DNA of 64,000 nucleotides from the human T2T-CHM13v2.0 reference genome, Homo sapiens: NCBI GenBank assembly GCA_009914755.4, contig CP086569.2, positions 21,280,001 to 21,344,000 of the forward strand, read 5' to 3'. Shown piece by piece: positions 59,788 to 64,000 of this stretch (position 1 is its first letter; each line of letters starts with the position of its first letter). The notes under the pieces were generated by a model. It saw only the letters and a program-made list of their open reading frames with translations, ran no database searches and was not told where the DNA came from. The position numbers and the translations under genes were made by a program.

Positions 59788-61349
59788 AAGTGGCTGCTAT
59801 GACATTAGAGTTTTGTGACATCACTAAAGCAATGAGCAGTACTGCCTCTGGCATTAACCATTTTTTGAACTTTAGAAACATCCAATAAGCACCAGGACAT
59901 AGATGGGAAATCTGATTCTGAGGTAATCCTGTTGGCTTTATGGGTTTCTCTTCTACTAACATTGTTTGAAAAAAATTGTTTTCCATCCCAAGTGCTTTGA
60001 TGGGGTTAATTTTTTTGTCTTGAAGCAGGAAGATGCTACAGGACAATTAGTGATTATAGGACAAAAATAATTCTCTTAGAAAACCCCCAAAATATGTCTG
60101 GCTTTTCAAATCAGACATAAGAGATATAATTTTCTGCTTTTCTTCTCTCGTTTATTGCCTAATAAGTGACTTTAAAATGGGTAACTATCTTACAGTTCTG
60201 AAGTCTAGAGGAGCAGAAACATAATGTTGACTAGTTTTTGTTTTTGTGTCTATGTGAGTTGTCTCTCAAGCTGGATGTGGCAGTGTACTTACCATGCCAT
60301 TAAATGGTCAATCCTTTCTTGTTTGAGTCTTATTCTTCCATGCTCTTACATGTGCCAATGATATAGGGTTAAGAGCCATCCATATACAAATATTTTACAG
60401 TAATTCCCCTAGTAAAAGTATTATATGCATACAAAGTCAAACTCAGACATTTTAAGCACAATGAGAAAACAAACAGAAACAAAACAATCCAAAAACACAT
60501 GATTTTCTATCTTCTCTGGTACTTGGTAATTTTAGATCTATGTCTTTTTTTTTTTTAAACAGGAAATTTCTGAAACAACCTAATTGTCTGTGGTAAATAC
60601 CAAGGATCTTAGTCTCACAGCCAAGTGGATCAAGGCTGTGGATACACACACCCATAGAATGAGTTTAGAGCAGGAGTTTAATAGACAAAAAGAACAGCTC
60701 TTCAGCATAGAGAGGAGCCCTGAGTAGGTTGCCAAGCTGTGCTAAAATCTCAGGGTTTTTGTAAATGGGCTAATGAGGAGGGCACTAGTGAGGAGAGGAT
60801 GTCTTATCCTCATAAAACCTGATGATTTAGTTGGAACCAGGTATGCTTTCTGTATAGAGCAGAGTCTTTATCAACTCTCACCTTATTCCCTGATCAGGTA
60901 GGCAGACTTTCAGTCTCTGTTGCTCTGTGCTGCTTTGTGTTGCTTATCTGGGAGAGAGAGTTTGTGTGTCTATTCCCAGACATCTTAACAGCTGCAGGTA
61001 TCTCTCACACTTCCACTTCTAGATTCGCTATTGTGTCTATAAGGAAAGGAATGTACTTATTAACACCCACTGTTTTTACTGGGACCCATTTGTAGGAGTG
61101 TGAAGTTTGGTGATTACCCAAGTGATCTCTCTCATTCTGTGCTCAAGGTGTTTATCTGTGATTTACAGTAGACTTATTCTTTGTTGAGTTGCCCGCATTT
61201 CTAGATTAATATTGGCTTCCACTAAGGAAAGACAAAGAGTTTGTCCTGGGGCCATGAGGATGCAGGCCTCCATGTAGGTAGGGTAAAATATTTCTACCTA
61301 ATAAAGGAGTGGGACTTTCAGGCATAATAAAGGAGTCCTGTGTAAATAA

Positions 61350-62760
61350 TATGTCCCCCCAACTACAAATAAGTAGTGGAGAAAAATATCAAGTTAGAGT
61401 CTTTTTTAAGACACCCACCATTGTTGTGACATGGGAAGAGGAGAGGCATGGATTGGTGAGGAGAACAGAAAGACTGGCTCCAGAATCCAGTGGGAGGCTT
61501 GCCCTCCTCCCTTCAATTTCCATTATCACCCAGGACTCCTGAGCAGTAATGGATGTTTGAACCATTGGAACCAGGGGTTTCAGCCCCAGAACCCATCAGT
61601 CCTGCTGGAGCATCTGTGAGAATGATTCCGTACTCACTGACCTCTGTCTTGGTGGTCAGTAGTGCAATCTCCAGTGGTCTTCACCACAAAAGTGGTCAAG
61701 GTGGCTTTTTCTTGTGGCTTGGGCAATTCTTCTTAAAGTGCCCTGGCTTTAACACTGGTAACAGGTAGCAATCAGTGGAAGTTCCTGGGGGATCCTGGAC
61801 TCTGCAAGTCTGCAAAGCAGCCACTAGAGCCTCAGCCTTTCTCTTGTTCTTCCTGTTTTTCTCGTGGGCCTCCTCCCAGTCCTATTGTAAGAGAACAATG
61901 AGGCCACATTCAGGAGGTTCTTCAAGATACAATCTGGTCCTATAGCCTGTTTCTGTAGCTTTTTTCTAATATCAGGAACTGCCTGCTTTTCGGCTGCAGT
62001 AAGGGTTTGGCATAGGAGCAGCATAACATCCCTCCACTTGAGATTGAACACTAAGTTAAATTTTGAAAGGTCTCCAAATTCCTAGCCAGGTCATCAGAAG
62101 ATCAGCTCAAGTCTCCCTCTATTTTCCTAAGGTCCTATAATGAAAGGAGAACATGTGTTTTAGTGGTGACCCTTCCATCTGGCATTTCTTATAGGGGTAG
62201 GAGTGAAGCAGGGGAAATGGTGAGCTTTGGACCTGGTGGAGGTGGGGGAGATTTTGGTGCAGTTGGAGGGGACCCTGGATAAGAGACACTGAAATAACTC
62301 GGGCACACATAGAATGCAAAGGTCTGCACTTGCAAAGGTCTGGGTTTTCTCCACAGGGCAAAGAAAGCCTGTTCATATCAAACTTTGGATCATTTGCTGT
62401 CCCATCTACACAAAAGATCTAATTGTTGGATAAAATTAGAATCAAGGCTCCTTTCAGCTGGCCAGGTCTCTTTATTCCTGAGACAGTAAGAAGGCCACAC
62501 CATTGTGCAAAAGAAAATGAGCTGTTTTTGTTCAAAGTTCCAGGGTCAAAGGAGTCTCAATGTTTCAGAATGCACTCTAGAGAAGTGCAAGCTGAAGATG
62601 GCTTGTCATCCATCAAAAAAAGAGACAAAAGAAGAGGCATCCTTGTGTCTCTTGGTTCTTTTTAATGTGACCCAGATTGAAGGAGATGACCATTGGGGGA
62701 CTCCCCCTGACCTCCCTCCTTGGTATCTGGGTCCCAACACCATAATTCCCATCTCATGAT
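61350..62760 (-). mobile_element. ERV-derived unit, copy 3 (left part), homologous to the tandem copies at 1-8285
   Basis: 61530-61760 matches 4330-4540 (plus ORF 61553-61768 versus 4359-4541). Minus ORF 61824-62051 shares W-R-D-V-M-L-L-L-x-Q-T-L-T-A-A-E-K with minus ORFs 1116-1487 and 5173-5376. 62440-62700 matches 1590-1860. The copy lacks ~400 bp relative to copies 1 and 2 between 61880 and 61960. Confidence 0.5.
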
Positions 62761-63473
62761 TGCAGGTGTAACCCTCAAACATGGTACAGAGAGGTGAAGT
62801 CAGCTGGACTTCCTGGGTCAGTGAGTGGGGACTTGGGGAACTTTTCTATCTAGCTAGAGGATTGTAAATGCACCAATCAGCACTCTGTGTCTAGCTAAAG
62901 GATTGCAAATGCACCAATCAGCACTCTGTAAAATGGACCAACCAGCACTCTGTAAATGGACCAATCAACTCTCTGTAAAATGGGACAATCAGCAGGATAT
63001 GCACGGTGCCAAATAAGGGAATAAAAGCTGGCCACTTGAGTCAGCAGCGGCAAACACTGGGATCCCCTTCCAGGCTGTGGAAACTTTGATCTTTCACTCT
63101 TCACAATAAATCTTGCTGCTGCTCAGTCTTTGGGTCTGCACTACCTTTATGAGCTGTAACTCTCACCATGAGCATCTGTGTCTTCAATCTTGAAGTCAGC
63201 AAGACAAAGAACCCACTGGGAGGAACAAATAACTCTGAAAGCTCCACCTTTAAGAGCTGTAACACTCACTGTGAAGGTCTGTGTCTTCACTACTGAAGTC
63301 ACCATAACCATGAACCCACTGGAAGGAAGAAACTCTGGACACATCTGAACATCTGAAGGAGGAAACTCCGGACATACCATCTTTAAGAACTGTAACACTC
63401 ACCATAAGTGTCTGCAGCTTCATTCTTGAAGTCAGCCAGGAACCCACCGGAAGGAACCAATTCTAGACACAGA
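62761..63473 (+). mobile_element. LTR12 (ERV9 LTR) inserted into copy 3
   Basis: 'gagaggtgaagtcagctggacttcctgggtcag' is followed by four 'ggattgtaaatgcaccaatcagcactctgt'-type U3 sub-repeats and by 'gccaaataagggaataaaagctggcc' and 'cacaataaatcttgctgctgctcagtctttgggtc'. Repeated 'gagctgtaacactcac...gaaggtctg...cttca...ctgaagtca...aacccac' U5 units follow. The end is '...ccaattctagacaca'. Confidence 0.85.
62873..62994 (+). promoter_or_regulatory. CCAAT-box array (4-5 copies) in the LTR12 U3; AATAAA signals lie downstream at ~63019 and ~63104
   Basis: 'caccaatcagcac' three times, then 'ccaatcaac' and 'gacaatcagcagg'. ERV9/LTR12 U3 is a documented NF-Y-dependent promoter and enhancer. Confidence 0.5.
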
Positions 63474-64000
63474 ACCACAGGACCTAATCAATGGGGCTAG
63501 TAACTTTTACCCATGTGACATCAGTCCTTTTTCTAATAATAGGGTAATTATCCTCTGACCTCCTAGACCTGTGTGACTTGTGTGGCTCCTTGATAGATGA
63601 GCCTTGGCAGAGATTATGTAATAGTTGCATTTAAGCAAGACCCCTTAAAAGAGGGAGTGTACTGAACTGAGAATGTTTAGGTTCTAGTTAACTTCCAGAT
63701 AAAAAAAATCCCCTTTCTATTTAGATGCCATTCTTGTTGTAGGCAGTATAGGTGTCTCAAGAGGACATAAGTGTCAAATGATGGTCTTCCTGCTAATGCA
63801 GAGAGTATTAAGACTAAAATTTCGTTTTGGAAGATATGTTACTCTTTACTGCTAAAAAGAGGACTAAAAGGCTTTTGGCAAAGGGCAGACAAGATTCCCC
63901 ATGGAGAGGATTCCCATTCCACGATGTGGCACTGTAAGCACTGAAATACCAGGCAGTAACTGTCTCCATATGCTCTCTAAACAAAGGATGGAGAGGGAAG
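63474..64000 (-). mobile_element. ERV-derived unit, copy 3 (continuation after the LTR12 insertion, to the window end)
   Basis: 63495-63540 'ggggctagtaacttttacccatgtgac' matches copy 1 ~1845-1880 'gggaagtgtgaccttcacccatagctc'. '...cccattccacgatgtggcactgtaagcactgaaatacc' matches copy 1 '...cccattttactaggtgacattgtggggttagaaatgct' (~2430-2470). Confidence 0.4.

Overview
This window reads as primate (human-like) nuclear DNA: AT-rich, gene-poor, and dominated by interspersed repeats. I find no convincing protein-coding gene, rRNA, tRNA or CRISPR. Every long ORF in the supplied track falls inside a transposable element (L1 ORF1/ORF2 remnants, ERV gag remnants) or inside one repeat-derived GC-rich block.

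Recognisable content, in order along the window:
- Two adjacent tandem copies of a ~4.1-kb ERV-derived unit (1-8285). Gag nucleocapsid zinc-knuckle remnants are on the minus strand. An LTR-like region with CCAAT/TATA sub-repeats is on the plus strand.
- An old, nearly 5-kb L1 on the minus strand (10.1-15.1 kb) carrying two Alu insertions.
- A 6-kb pile-up of L1 fragments in both orientations (23.0-28.8 kb), including a 5'-inversion junction.
- An old L1M (28.1-33.4 kb) split by an unidentified 2.3-kb GC-rich insertion (28758-31061) and by a 5'-truncated Alu.
- Further old L1 pieces (33.5-38.9 kb), one of them hosting a MADE1 mariner MITE.
- A class-I-like ERV provirus remnant on the plus strand (LTR 44440-44905, internal sequence to ~50.0 kb) with a tRNA-Pro-like PBS and a gag major-homology-region motif. 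It is interrupted by an Alu, by a complete THE1 (LTR-int-LTR, 46960-49026) and by a second Alu.
- A near full-length L1PA on the minus strand (52494-58614) with an 11-bp target-site duplication.
- A third copy of the ERV-derived unit (61.35-64.0 kb), interrupted by an LTR12 (ERV9) LTR with its CCAAT-box array.

About nine Alus and several microsatellites are also present. All family names are recalled from consensus sequences; no database search was run.
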